The notes under the pieces are model-generated. The model had not been told where the DNA came from. It made no database searches and saw nothing but the letters and a program-made list of their open reading frames with translations. DNA of 64,000 nucleotides from Pseudogymnoascus verrucosus (taxonomy: Eukaryota), in assembly GCA_001662655.1 (NCBI GenBank), contig KV460281.1. One strand, written 5' to 3'. This document shows positions 24,571 through 37,417 of the stretch, one piece after another (position 1 is the first letter of the stretch; every line of letters begins with the position of its first letter). The translations under genes and the position numbers were made by a program.

Positions 24571-26476
24571 TTAAAACAACATCCCCTTTAATTTCTTCAT
24601 ATCCTTAACCCTATAATCTTTCCACACAATAATACACACAAACATCAGCACGACCACTGAGGTCGACGCAATCGTCATCCGCTTCTGTGCAACACCATAG
24701 GCCTGCACGACCGCCATTCTTGCCTCTCTCCCCCACTCGAACTCCAGCTGCTCCCTCAAGCTTCCATAGATCTCCCCTGCGCGTCCCTTCTCGGCCTCCG
24801 GAAGCGCCGCGGTCAGCGCGTCGGGTAGCGTGTTCGTCCATATTGCACCAGCCATCGATGACCCGATGGCACCACCGACTGCTGCGGATAGCCCGAGCAC
24901 GGCTAAGATAGCCGCAACGTCCGTTTGATTTACGGCAGCCATGGCGGCCATCTGCTCGCAAATGACAAGAGTACCACCGGCGAAGGCAATGAAGATCTGG
25001 CACATGACAACGTATCCGATGTTATGGGCCGGCTGGCGGAAGTGGATCATGAGCCCGACACCGAGAAGGTTGAGGGGCGCGCCAAAATAGAGCGCAAGGG
25101 GTTTGATACGTCCCGTGTAGTGGATGGCGGCGGCGACAACGACGGCCCAGAAAGAGCAACCGATAGAGAATATATTAAAGACGTAGCCGGCGGTGGTGAT
25201 GCTCAGCCTGTGCACGACCTGCAGGTAGGAGATATAGTAGTTATCCCAGAGGTAAAACGAAGCAAAGGATATAGCGGAGAGTCCGCAGGCACCGATGACG
25301 GTGCGGTCGGTGACGAGGTGGAATGGGATGAAGGAGCGAGGGGAGAGGTATTTCTCGTATAAGCCAAAGGCGACGAGGAGAGCCACGCCAAGGACGAGCA
25401 TTGTGATTGTGGACGCGGCGGCCCATTTGTCTGTTTGGGAGCCGGCGAGGGAGAATGGGAGGAGGAAGAGGGCAAAGCCGGCGGAGATGAGGAGGATGCC
25501 AACGACTGTAAGAGTTAAAGCCTGATAATCATGAAATGAGTGAAAGGAAATACGTACCATCGAATTCGATAAAATAGTACCATATTGACTCTCTCAAAGT
25601 GCGGCCGCTGTCCCTCTTCTGAATAAGGCCGAGCCTGGCTGCCTTTCTCTGGTTGGAGAAGAGGATATAGAGGAGTGGAAGGACGACGATAGGGGTGGCA
25701 ATCGAGAAACACCCGAACGCCCACCTCCAGCTGCTATTTTCGTAGAACGATTCAGCGGCCTTTGGACCGGCCCACGTGGTAACTATATAGGGGGTACTGG
25801 CGAATGCGAAGGCGAGTGCTCTGTTGCGGAGGTTGGAGGTATCGGCAATGAAGACGTCAAGGACGAAGCCTATGCCATTGTAGCCAACCCAGTAGAAACA
25901 CTGCGCAGCAGCGTAAGTTTCGACGTTATTACAAACGGCCATCAAGATTAGGCCTATGGTGCAGAGAGTAGTCATGATAATGAGGCCTTGCGGGCGGCCC
26001 CAGATGTTGATAAGCTGAGCGATGGGAAGCTTGAGGACGCCGCCGAGAATTTGGGACACGATTCCCGTGACAGGAATTAAGGAGTGCGAGGAGAAGTCGG
26101 ACATGACATAAGGCAATAGATTGCTAGTTATCTGCAGCTGCAGTGAGTTCACGAAAAACACGAGGAATATACTGCGAGCACACATTAGCATACAATTCCG
26201 TCATAGCAGACGTCGAGTTGCTTACCAGAAATAGGCTGCATATAAGTCCTTCTTCGTCCAGACAAGTACAACGGCCTCGACTTTTTTAACACCCTCAGCA
26301 GCGATCTCGGATGGCACCTCATCGTCAGAACTCGGCTCGCCTTCTTGCGTAGGAGTAAGAGCCTTCTCTGTCTTCTCCGAAGGAGAGGCAGCCTCGCAAT
26401 CGACCGCATCCGGCAAGGGTGCTGTTGCCTCGATGTCCCTTCCATCGATAAAGCGAGATAAAATATCCAATCTCAT
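24571..26476 (-). CDS. mirB: Siderophore-iron transporter (ARN/SIT family MFS, MirB-like)
   Basis: GVKKVEAVVLVWTK, FSSHSLIP, IWGRPQG, TYAAAQ.FYWVG, ADTSNLRNRA, WRWAFG, MCQIFIAFAGG and AIWTNT. Three exons. Confidence 0.9.
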
Positions 26477-27111
26477 CTTTGGGTGCGTTATTCACAGGAA
26501 ATGGAGAGTCGCCAGATTGTGTTTTGATCCGGAAGCATGGGGGATCAACGGTTTAAAAATATATTGCAGTATGACAGGCGACAGATAGCTCCCATGCGTC
26601 CGGGAAAGGCCCGTACGATGGAGTAGTCGGGCATAATGGTGGCGTGAGGTGATGGTGGGCCTATACTCGAACTATATGTCGAAAGTAATGGTCAACAGTC
26701 TATTTACTTTAGTAGGGGTCCGCCCGAAGAAGCGCAGCAGTGAGAGGTTAAGGATCGGATATAAGATGGTATGGGATGAGAAGACTAGCCACGCCCGAAA
26801 GAAAGACATATGGATCGCGTGGATTGTTTACCATGTGCGTTCGCGACTGATCATCTGGGATTCGCGGATTACCGTCGAACTCGCCGGGTCGTGTTTGATG
26901 CTCCGAACAAGCCATCATACGGGTAGCTGTGCCTACTGGCAAAGGCCACGGCTAGCCATTAATCTCCAGCGACCATCATTATGGATTCGAGATATACCTA
27001 GGAAGCCCAAATATCCATGCGCTCCGAAGGATTGATGGATACCGATGGATACTTGTCCAATGGTAGTCACCCATGGACGCTGGCTATCCAAGAGGGTACA
27101 TGGACCCTCCC

Positions 27112-27830
27112 ATCTGATAATGCGGCATCCATGCTGGTGTCACCCACCAAAACCGTCAAAACTCACCAAAAGCCACTCATCAGCTATCGACGGATCTGAT
27201 AACTCTAACGCGACGTCCATCTTCCTGCCAAGACTTTTGTTATTACTATTTGCCAAGGAGCAGGGAAGAACTCTGCTATACTATTGTTTTAGTATCCCCG
27301 AGACAAGGACTTCTTACTCCCAACAACGCCAATCTCCGCCATCATCATCATTAGCCCACCCTTGGCGTCTGATCCTAGTAGACCGCGCAATCTGATTAGA
27401 TAAAAGTGGTGAAACATGGGGCGATCTCGGAACACGACGGGGTAAGACCATAGGACAGCACCAACATGACAGGGCATATTTGATGTTCCCTCATACTAAT
27501 CTGCCCTGTACGCAAGCACATACTGAGTACAAAGTGCATGAGTCGCTGTCGCCGCTATTGCGAATATCACACGGTTCCCTCTGTTCCCGTCGTTCCTGCC
27601 ACTTTTACCGTCTTGGCTAACCAGTCGCGCCTTCCCTCTTTATCTCAAATACTGTATCCGCATTACTATTATGCCGACACTCCGACAACGGATGGTTCTT
27701 GGCAGGTGCGATGGGCTGCCCTGCTTCTTGTTCGTTCCTTCCCTTCCTTAGAGCGGCAGTCACTAGATCCACTCCCAGCAATTAACCACCAATGACCGCA
27801 GATGGCCGCCAATGATTGATCTTATCAGAT
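27112..27830. promoter_or_regulatory. SreA/Sre1-type iron-repression GATA boxes in the divergent importer/oxidoreductase promoter
   Basis: ATCTGATAA at 27112-27120 and 27194-27202, reverse copy at 27822-27830, and ATCTGATTAGATAA at 27390-27403. Confidence 0.85.
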
Positions 27831-28141
27831 GGGCGCAGTCAGTCAGGCCCGCCAGACCCGCCAGACATGGGCCAGATACCATGTTCCAACGTGGTTCAGT
27901 TATACCGTGCCGAGTACGGTGCGGAGTACTCCTCGAAGTTCTGTGGTGCCGATGTACGTTAGTATGCATGAGCCAGAGAGGCCGTGGCTTGCTTTAAGAT
28001 GCCAGCTCATAGCCAGATTTCATGGCACCTGTACAACTTCCACTCCGGTTGAACCATCCTACCCTCATTATCTGTCTTGCTTCTTTCCTGCTCTTTTTCT
28101 TCCACATCACCTCACACCATCCCACCCAAAGCCAGTCTACC

Positions 28142-29728
28142 ATGGGTTTCCTATTTAGCAAGGAGGAGTCGACGCCGGCCGAGATGGTCCAGATCGTGCC
28201 GGAGAATATCGCTGAGAAGCCGCAGAACAGAGTCCTAGTCATTGGCGGTGCATATGCCGGGCTGAGCGCTGTCATTCATCTCTTGGAACTGGCAAATGGA
28301 GGAGAGCACCGTCCGACATCTGTCCCGTTGCCGCCGGTCACGGGCAAGCCGCTGCGATCGTCGGTGCAGATCACGATGATAGATGAGAGGGATGGGTTTT
28401 GTAAGTCTCGCTCTAGTCTCGTATCTTATCTGATCATCTTGCATGCGACCTATTCTTATACCACTGCAAACAGATCACACTATCGGATCGCCGCTCGCGT
28501 TGGCGGATGATGAATACGCCGAGAAGGCATGGAGGAAGTACGCTGATGTAAAGGCTATTCAACACCCTTCAATCCGCGTTGTTCAGGGCAGCGTGACAAA
28601 CCTCAATTGCTCGTCGAAGACGGCGACGATAACTTACTCTACTGGCCATACCTCGATTGTCGAATACGACTATGCCATCTGCTGCTCTGGTCTCCGCAGA
28701 GAGCATCCTTCCGTTCCACAGTCCATTTTCAGGGAAAAGTATCTTGAGGAGTGCAAGTCACACATCAGCGACATACGTTCTGTATCAGAGAGCATCGTGA
28801 TCGTTGGAGGCGGTTTGTTGCCCAATTCCCGTCTAATTTAATTCACTCAGCTCACTATTATCACAGGAGCCGTTGGGGTTGAGATGTCTGCTGAGCTGAA
28901 ACTATGCTTCCCGGACAAATCGGTCAAACTAATCCACTCTCATGATCACGTCTTAAGCGGGGAACCGCTACCCGATAAATTCAAAGACGTTGCTCTAGGG
29001 CTCTTACACGAGCAAGGCGTCGAGACCATCCTCGGCGAGCGCGTTGTCAGCTCCAACCCAGATAGCCCAACTGACACAGGCTTCACCGTTCGCCTCAAGA
29101 GCGGTAAGACCCTGCGTGCCGGGAAGGTCATCTGGGCCATCTCTCGCCCCGTCCCAACCTCCACGTATGCCCCAGCCGCGGCCCTCGACCACGAAGGCTT
29201 CATCGCCGTCACCCCTCAGTACGCGCTCTCACTACTCCACTAAGCAAGAATGCGCTAACAGACCTGCAGACTCCGATTCCCTTCAACTGTCCCAAACGCC
29301 GAATACCACTTCGCGGCCGGCGACATCATGGCTTGGTCAGGCATTAAGCGCTGTGGAGCCGCTATGTACTTTGCCCAGATCGCCATCGCCAACATGCACC
29401 AGCTGATGCTGCAGGCCGAGGGTGACACCGACACGAAGCTCGTCGACGCGCCTTCCGTGGAGCCCATGATTGCACTTGCGGTCGGGAAGAAGGCCGCTAC
29501 GTTCTATGCGGACAATGTTGCGGCGGGGGAGGAGCAGCTGAAGGCGTCGTTTGGCGAGGATCTGGGGTTGACGGGTGAGTTCTTTCGAGGTAGTGGATGC
29601 TTGTTAGATGATAGTGCTAATGAGTTGGTTTTTTAGTTGTTTGGAAGTATTTGAAATTGGGGGAGGCGTTTGAAATGCCAAAAGAGAAGGAGGTGGAGGG
29701 GAAGGAGTCGAGTACGGAGGCTACCTGA
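28142..29728 (+). CDS. FAD/NAD(P)H pyridine nucleotide-disulfide oxidoreductase, AMID/AIFM2 (FSP1)-like
   Basis: VLVIGGAYAG, MIDERDGF.HTIGSP, IVIVGGGAVGVEMSAE (spliced), LIHSHD and FAAGD. Four introns (about 28401-28473, 28814-28867, 29219-29269, 29575-29636). Confidence 0.88.
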
Positions 29729-30167
29729 GAGGTGGTGGCTGGAGTTTGGGTCGAGTTGGAGATGTTTAGTCTGCTACATAGAACTGTTTATTGGGGGGAA
29801 GGGGGGGGGGGGGTTAAAGGCTCTGGTGATACAGAGAGGTGAGGTTGAGACTTGGTTGGTTCAACGTCGGGAGGTTAAGGAGTTTAGAGTGGTCATTAGA
29901 GATTTGTTTGGTATTTTGTATGGGAGGGAATTTGTTTTAAGATACTCTAATATTATAAATATATGCGTCACATCAAATTGGCATAGAAAACAGTACCAAT
30001 AAGTAGATCGAATTTCCATATCACATCAATTATTTTCTACCTACAATTTCAATAAAATAAAATACGAAGTATGGCCATTGTTTATTTGTTTTTATTATGT
30101 GCTTATACTGGCTGCATGGTCGGCTCCGATCTGTCGCTCTTACCGGTGCCAAGTGAAAACCAGAGAA

Positions 30168-31083
30168 TTATCAGATCAACAGGGAAGAGGATATGCCCCG
30201 CTTTTTGTGGTCGATCAACCTCCCACCTTCCTAGAGTGCTTTCCCTTACATCTACCGCAACCACAGCATCAATTTTCCAGAGTTCTAGCAACTCGTTTGC
30301 ACTCGACAAAATATCGCCGAATTCGTATGAAAACAAATCTCGTAAATACCACAAAAGCCCAACCTACCAGCATAGCATCTAGGTTCCCCATCCCTTAAAG
30401 CAGCGCCGCTGAGTCCTCAACAGACAAAAGGGGTGGAGACGTAATCTAATCAGATGGGGGATGAAACTCTGCCCCACCACACCAAATACCGACTCCAACG
30501 TTCCACTGGACAACAAAAACCCAGAGCCGAACCCACCATCGCGATCCACGCCCAACCACTCACTGCCGTGTATCCTCCTTTCTCCAAGATCATGTTCACC
30601 GGCTACTGTAGGCTAAGTGGGGGAGATGAAGAGGTCCGGCTTATCAGATCCTTCCCTCTAATGAGCGGAGAAGAAAATATGTTTTCGCCGAGGGTGATAT
30701 GGGGGGTGGCTTGCAGAAGGGGAAGGCGTACCTACGCCTAGACGACGGGTATCTTCGCAAGTTGATGCAAGGTGCGGAGCTTCGCGCCAGCCTGCATGCT
30801 TATGAAGTGCCTAGAGCTGGAAAAGGAGACCAATGCCGGTCAGTCGGTCAGAATGTGACGGTCAGTCCTTGTGTTGCTGTTGGCTCATTTTGGGCTCGGC
30901 TGCACGCGCAGCACATGTGAACCTCCACTTTCACCTACGAACCATACAGCACCAAGGAGCTGGGGATGGACCCACGAGAGAGAGAGGGTCCCGATGACGC
31001 TTCCAAGCCGAATACGGATACCCAGCGGCAGTCGGGACGGGGTTCGTCGGGGAGGAGCGGGGAGGAGGGGGGTATTATCAGAT
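30168..31083. promoter_or_regulatory. SreA/Sre1-type GATA boxes upstream of the ABC transporter
   Basis: TTATCAGAT (reverse ATCTGATAA) at 30168-30176, 30641-30649 and 31075-31083; variant TAATCTAATCAGAT at 30442-30455. Confidence 0.85.
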
Positions 31084-31221
31084 GGCGCGTTGTTTAGTGT
31101 GAGCGTCTCCACCACACGCACACTCTATTCTCTCTCGACGCCCCTTCTCCCATGGCGTTTTCTTCATCCATCGTCTCCTCCTGCATACCTCGTACGGGGA
31201 TATTGAGACTGCAGTTGAACA

Positions 31222-34200
31222 ATGGCTGCTGTTGAAGTATCTACGCCGGCGGCGGCGGCAATCGGGCTCGAGACGGGGATGAAGAGCAGCGGAGTTTTCT
31301 CGCGCACGCTGCGGATGCCGATGTTCAGGCGGCAGGAGAAGAAGGATGTTGTGGCGGCTAAAAAGGGCCCGTCGTACTGGGACCTCCTCTTCCGTTCAGG
31401 GGCGGAACCCTTTGACTGGGTGCTACTAGGCCTCGGCACTGCCGCTGCCCTAGGAGCTGGCGTGCCGTTCCCCCTGCTCGGAATCCTTTTCGGTGAGCTC
31501 GTCGATAATCTGGATAGCACTCAATGCGCAGCCGACGATACTGCGAGCTTCGGCCTCACGGCAGCCATTCAGCATAAGGTCCTCCTCGTCGTCTACGTCA
31601 CAATCGCCAACTTTGTCCTCATTTACGCACACACCTCGTGCTGGAGTATCCTCTCGGAGCGCATCGTCCGGCGTCTACGCAAACAGTACCTCGCCGCCAT
31701 CCTGCGCCAGGAACTAGCTTTCTTCGACACTCTCGCCTCTGGTGAGGTGGCCTCACGTCTCGATGCTGACTTGCAGGCAATTCAGACGGGAACTTGCGAG
31801 AAGGTCGGCATCTGCATCTCATCCTTCTCCTACTTCCTTGCCGCATATGTCGTGGCCTTCATCAAAGCCCCAGCACTCGCAGGCATGCTCATGTCCATCG
31901 TCCCCGCCTTCCTCCTCATGGCCCTCGGCGGCGGCCACTGGGTCAAGAAGTATGCGAGCGCGGGAACGGACCACGTCGCAGCCGCAACCGGGGTCGCTAG
32001 CGCTGGACTGAGCAATATGACCATCGTGCATGCGTTTGGCGCTAACTCACGCCTCGAGCGCATGTTTGCCGAGCATCTGAGCAAGGCGCAGGTTCAGGGC
32101 ATCAAGAAGTCGATCGTCAGTTCCATCCAGCTGGGGTTGCTGTATTTTATTGCGTACTCGGCGAATGCGCTGGCGTTTTGGCAAGGGTCGAAGCAGATTG
32201 CCAATGCGGTAGCGAGTAAGACGAGCGGAACGAGCGTGGGGGCGGTTTATACCGTTATTTTCATCTTGGTTGATGGTGAGTTCCCTTTTTTGTGTGGGGG
32301 TTTGGTTTGGGGCCGGACTAACACGTGATAGCATCTTTTATTATCAGTCAAGTGGCGCCGTTTTTACAGCTGTTTGCGACGGCGGCGGTTTCGTATGGGA
32401 AGGTAGTTGAGACTATTGATCGCCCGTCAAGGATTGATGGGACATCGGATGAGGGGCTCGTGCTCCCAGCGGTTGCGGGCGAGATTGAACTGAGAAATGT
32501 CGGTTTTGCCTATCCGTCTCGTGCGGATGTGCCTGTCATCCATGATTTGTCTTTGGTTATACCGGCAAATAAACATACGGGAATTGTGGGACTATCAGGG
32601 AGCGGTAAGTCAACTTTGGCTGCGCTGATCGGGAGGCTCTACGACCCTATCTCTGGCGAAGTCTTGATCGACGGCCATAACCTCCGCGACGTCAACGTAC
32701 GTAGCATCAGGCGTCACATTGGAACCGTTGCTCAGAATTCATCGCTATTCGATAGGTCTGTCCTAGAGAACATCGCGCACGGCCTTATCAACTCCCCCAG
32801 CGCGGGACATGCCCAACTACAGGACGCGCTCGTCGACGACAGCCTGGTCGACTTTGTCACACGAGTACGGAGAGGTAAAACAGTCGAGGAGGTTTTGAGC
32901 GACAGCTCACCGGAGACGCGACAGATTTACAATCTTGCAGTAGCCGCCGCCGAGGACGCCAATGCACTGCGCTTTATTGAGAATTTCCAGTATGGTTTCG
33001 CGACATCAGTTGGCTCGACCGGTAGTCAGCTATCAGGTGGGCAGAAGCAGCGCGTTGTCCTTGCACGCGCGCTGATTAGACAGCCTTCAATTTTGATCCT
33101 GGACGAGGCGACAGCGTCGCTTGATTCTATTAGTGAGCGGATTGTGCAAGAGGCGCTGGAGAGGGTGACGGACTCGAGCCGGACTACGATTACGATTGCA
33201 CATCGGCTGTCGACTATTAAGAAGGCGGATAACATTGTTGTTATGCGCGACGGGCGGATCATCGAGCAAGGGCCTCACGCGGAGTTGCTTGGTGGGGATG
33301 GACCATTTGCGACTATGGTGAGGTTACAGAATGCTGGAACGGTGGCGGATGATGCGGTTTCGTCACGGAATATGTCGTTTGATATTGCATCTGCAGACAA
33401 GCCAAATGCATATGGATTATCGAAAGACACGCTGGTTGAGCTACCCCTTGATGATACCTCAGAGAAACCCGAGGAATCGAAGCTAGGGAGACCACATATC
33501 TCTAACCTTGCAGGTGTCCTAATAATGGGGCGCCCATACATCGGCTTCATACTCCTTGGAGTTAGCGCCGCCATCATTGTCGGAGGCTCCTACAGCGCCG
33601 AGGCGGTTATCTTCGGAAAAACTGTAGGCGAGCTGTCGGCCTGCAAAGAGCCTTCTAGCATCAGCTCCAAGGGCGCCTTCTTCGGTCTAATGTTCTTTGT
33701 CCTCGCGCTCATTGAGTTCTGTGCAAACATGATCTCCACCGCCTCCTTCGGACGCGTGGCCGAGAAGATGCTTACCCGCGTGCGTATCCTTTGTCTGCGC
33801 TTCCTCTTCCGCCAGGACATCCAGTGGCACGAGGAAGAGGAACGCACACCAGCCAAACTTCTTGCATATATTAGTAGCGATGCGAATGCGATGGCGGGGC
33901 TGACGGGCACAATTCTCGGTGTCATCCTAGCGATTTTAATCAACATGATTGCGGGTATTGTTCTCGCGCACATCGTGGCCTGGAAGATCGCCGTTGTCCT
34001 GCTGTCGATGATTCCCATCCTACTAGCATCAGGTTATCTACGCCTCCGCATCGCGGCATCGTTCCATTCTCGTCATCAGAAGGCGTTTGCGTCTTCGGTT
34101 GGCCTCGCAACGGAGGCGGTCGGTTCGATGACAACCATTGCCTCGTACTCTCTTGAAGACGAGACATTGCATGTTTATGAGCGCTCGCTACGTGGGCCAT

Positions 34201-35339
34201 ATAAGGCCACACTAAAGGCTATTGCACATGGAAATTTTTGGCTAGCCATGGCTTACAGTATTGGTAACCTGGTCTACGCTCTCGCCTATTGGTGGGGTTC
34301 ACGCCAGATTGTCGCAGGTCTATATTCTCCAACGCAATTCTTCACCACACTTCCCGCTCTACTTTTCTCCGCGCAGTCTTGCGGCCAGCTTCTATCCCTT
34401 GCGCCGGATGTATCGAAGGCCACGGTGTCAGCTGGACGAGTGCTTGCGCTTCTTCAGTCTAAACCCAGCGACAGCGGGCAGTCGAATTTCCACAAGAACC
34501 CGAAGAATATTGGTGGCAGTGATGACTCGGACGCAGAAGCCGGAGCGGATGTAGACGACGAGAAGGTCGGCTCCAATTACCTGAACGCCCCCCGCGGTGC
34601 TGCCATCCACTTCAAGAATGTACATTTCAACTACCCCTCGCGGCCGTCCATCCCTGTCCTCCAAGGCCTCACCCTCTCCATCCCAGCCAACAGCTTTGTT
34701 GCCCTTGTTGGCCCCTCCGGCGCCGGCAAATCAACCATCATCTCCCTCCTCGAGCGCTTCTACTACCCCTCGATGGGCAGCGTCACCATCGACGCGCGCG
34801 ATATCGCGCGCGCACCTCACTCCTTCCGCGACGCCATTGCGCTTGTACCCCAGCACAGTGCTCTCTTCGAGGGAACGTTACGCTTCAACCTAGAAATTGG
34901 AGCTCGTCCGGGTACTATCCCTAGCATGGCGGACATTGAAGCCGCCTGCCGCCTCGCGCATATCCACGATACCATTATGGCATTGCCGCTCGGCTACGAG
35001 ACGCCGTGCGGGCCGCGCGGAAACCAGTTTTCCGGAGGACAGATGCAGCGACTTGCTATTGCCAGGGCGTTGGTAAGAAAGCCAAGGTTGTTACTGTTAG
35101 ATGAGAGCACGAGTGCGTTAGATGCTGAGAGCGAAGCGGGTTTGCAGGCTGCACTGGAGGGCGCAACAAGAGCAGTTACGGTGGTGGCGGTAGCGCATCG
35201 GATGAGGACTGTTAGGGGGGCGGATTGCATTTTTGTTATTGATGGAGGAGTGGTAGTGGAGGGGGGACGGCATGAGGAGTTAGTGGGGAGGAGTGCGGCG
35301 TACAGGGAGATGGTTGCGCACCAGACTCTGGGACTGTAA
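31222..35339 (+). CDS. Full-size ABCB/MDR-type transporter (SitT-like by context)
   Basis: TMD-NBD-TMD-NBD. Walker A GLSGSGKS and GPSGAGKS, signatures LSGGQKQR and FSGGQMQR, Walker B ILDEAT and LLDEST. Intron 32276-32331. Confidence 0.95.
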
Positions 35340-36469
35340 CGAGGTAAATGGAGGCGGGATCAGAGGAATATGGGTTTTATTACTGGAGTTTGGGGGGAGT
35401 AATGGTAAATATCGCGGAAATTATATTAAAGGATAGATAGAGGTTTGGCATATACAAAAGTCACATATAATTTTTGAGAGTTGTGCATATTGATCATCGA
35501 CATCGAGGATGATGGACGTCACGTGCATCCAAGTCCGTCCCTGCCACAATGTGAAACCAAAATATACTCCGTACTGACCACAATCACCATTATAGGCAGT
35601 CCGTTGGAGTAACTACTGCAACTCTTCCACCCAGATATCACATCCCTCAAACAAATAGCTTCGAGCCGGAACCACGCCAATAAGCCCCCGCGCCAAATGT
35701 GACAGCTCTCGCACACCGTGCGCGTTCTTGGCAGCCTACGGATAGACAAATTGCCGGCCCAATCGCGCTCCGCAAGGGTTCAACTCGTGGGCACGGCATG
35801 TCAAGTTGGTGGCTTTTGGGCGTGGAAACGGTGGCGTTTGGGGCTTGGTGGGGTCCAAGCTTTAGGGATCTGCCGATGGGTGTGCGGCCGCTTTGACTGT
35901 TTGTGGCGCTCGTTTCAGGGGTTGGGGTTGGGGTTAGGGTTGGGGGTTTCCAAAAACGGCGAGCGGAATGGTAGATATCACAGACGTCGTTTCATGATGT
36001 TCGCAATTGTTACCGGATGGGAGCTACGGTTTGTTTGATGTGGGAGGTGGACCTATCGGCGATGGATCTTCTGCACTGCCTCGTTCTCATGATCGGCTGT
36101 CACGGCCGAATCTGACGGGTGATAGTTTCGGTTTTCTACGAAAGTGCAAAACGCACAGCTCGGGAAGCAGAAATATGGTAGAACATGGCCTTGGCAACAG
36201 TCTCCTATGGTATCATGATGTTTTACCGGCTTTTCTGGCCACTCTTGGCTCTGATTTCTATGACATCCGCTTCGCAGGCGTTGTCCGCTCAAACCCACGG
36301 AGTGTATCTTGGCTTCGATCAGGATATGTATATAAGACTCTCTCATCATCGTCTAGAGACTTATATTTTCTACATCAGCAAGCCTCAGATTCCATTTAAT
36401 ACTCATCGTCTTTCTCGACCATTCACCTTTAATCAACTTATTCTACATTAATATCCTTGCTGGTTCAAG

Positions 36470-37417
36470 ATGCATTCCTACTCTCTCCTCGCAGTTGCCC
36501 TTCTCGCAGTCTCCGACCTCGTGGCAGGCCACGGTGCAATTGTCTCAGCAACCGGTGACCAAGGTGGCACTGGCTCTGCTATTGGCAGTAAGACCACACA
36601 GCCAACCCTGGAATATTCTCTTGTTAACTAACGCCACTAGTTGACCCTGCCACCCCCCGCGACGGCACTCGACGCAACCCCTTTCAGCAGGATACCACGC
36701 GCTTCAGAGGCAATGCCGCTAATGCCTGTGGCGAGACTCTTGCTGGCGGCGACAACGACGCCGAGGCCGGTACTGCTGCTGTGATGCAGCTCTCCGGAGA
36801 CCAGCTCCCTCAGATCAGTCCGGGCGGTCAGGTATCCATGACCCTTCATCAGGTCAACGGCGACGGCGCTGGGCCATACACGTGCATGATTGATGCCACG
36901 GGCACCGGCACCAACTGGGTCAATATGCAGGTCACCACCAATGTTCCGGGGAGAAGGGGAAATGACCGGAATGGCGCAGAGACTGATTTCGTGAGTGTTT
37001 GATGTCCCTTGGGTGCTAAGTAGACAGTGTGGTGTGCTAATGGTGTACGACTAGCCACTTGTTGCGAATGTCGCAGCTACTCAGACTTGCACCGGAACAG
37101 TTGCTGGGCAGGAGAATGTGTGTATGGTCCGTTGCCAAAATCCGGCTCGAGCAGGTCCATTTGGGGGTTGTGTTCCGGTGCAGATGGCTGGTGCAGCAGG
37201 CAATGCCACAGACGCTGCTGCTGCTGTTGGCACTGCTGCTAATGCTGCGGGTGCCGCTGTTGGTGGTTCTGGTGATGCTTCTGCCGCCACGGTGGCAGTT
37301 ACTGCCACTGCCGCTGCAGCAACTGGTACTCAACTTGTAAACTCGGCGAAGTTCCGTAGGGTGACTGCTGAAGTTGAAGAGGATGACGAAGAATTTGATG
37401 AGGAGTGGGATATTTGA
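36470..37417 (+). CDS. Secreted Egh16/GAS1-like protein (DUF3129)
   Basis: Signal peptide then [43 protein letters not shown] and [17 protein letters not shown]. Introns about 36588-36640 and 36991-37053. Ala-rich linker and acidic tail. Confidence 0.92.
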
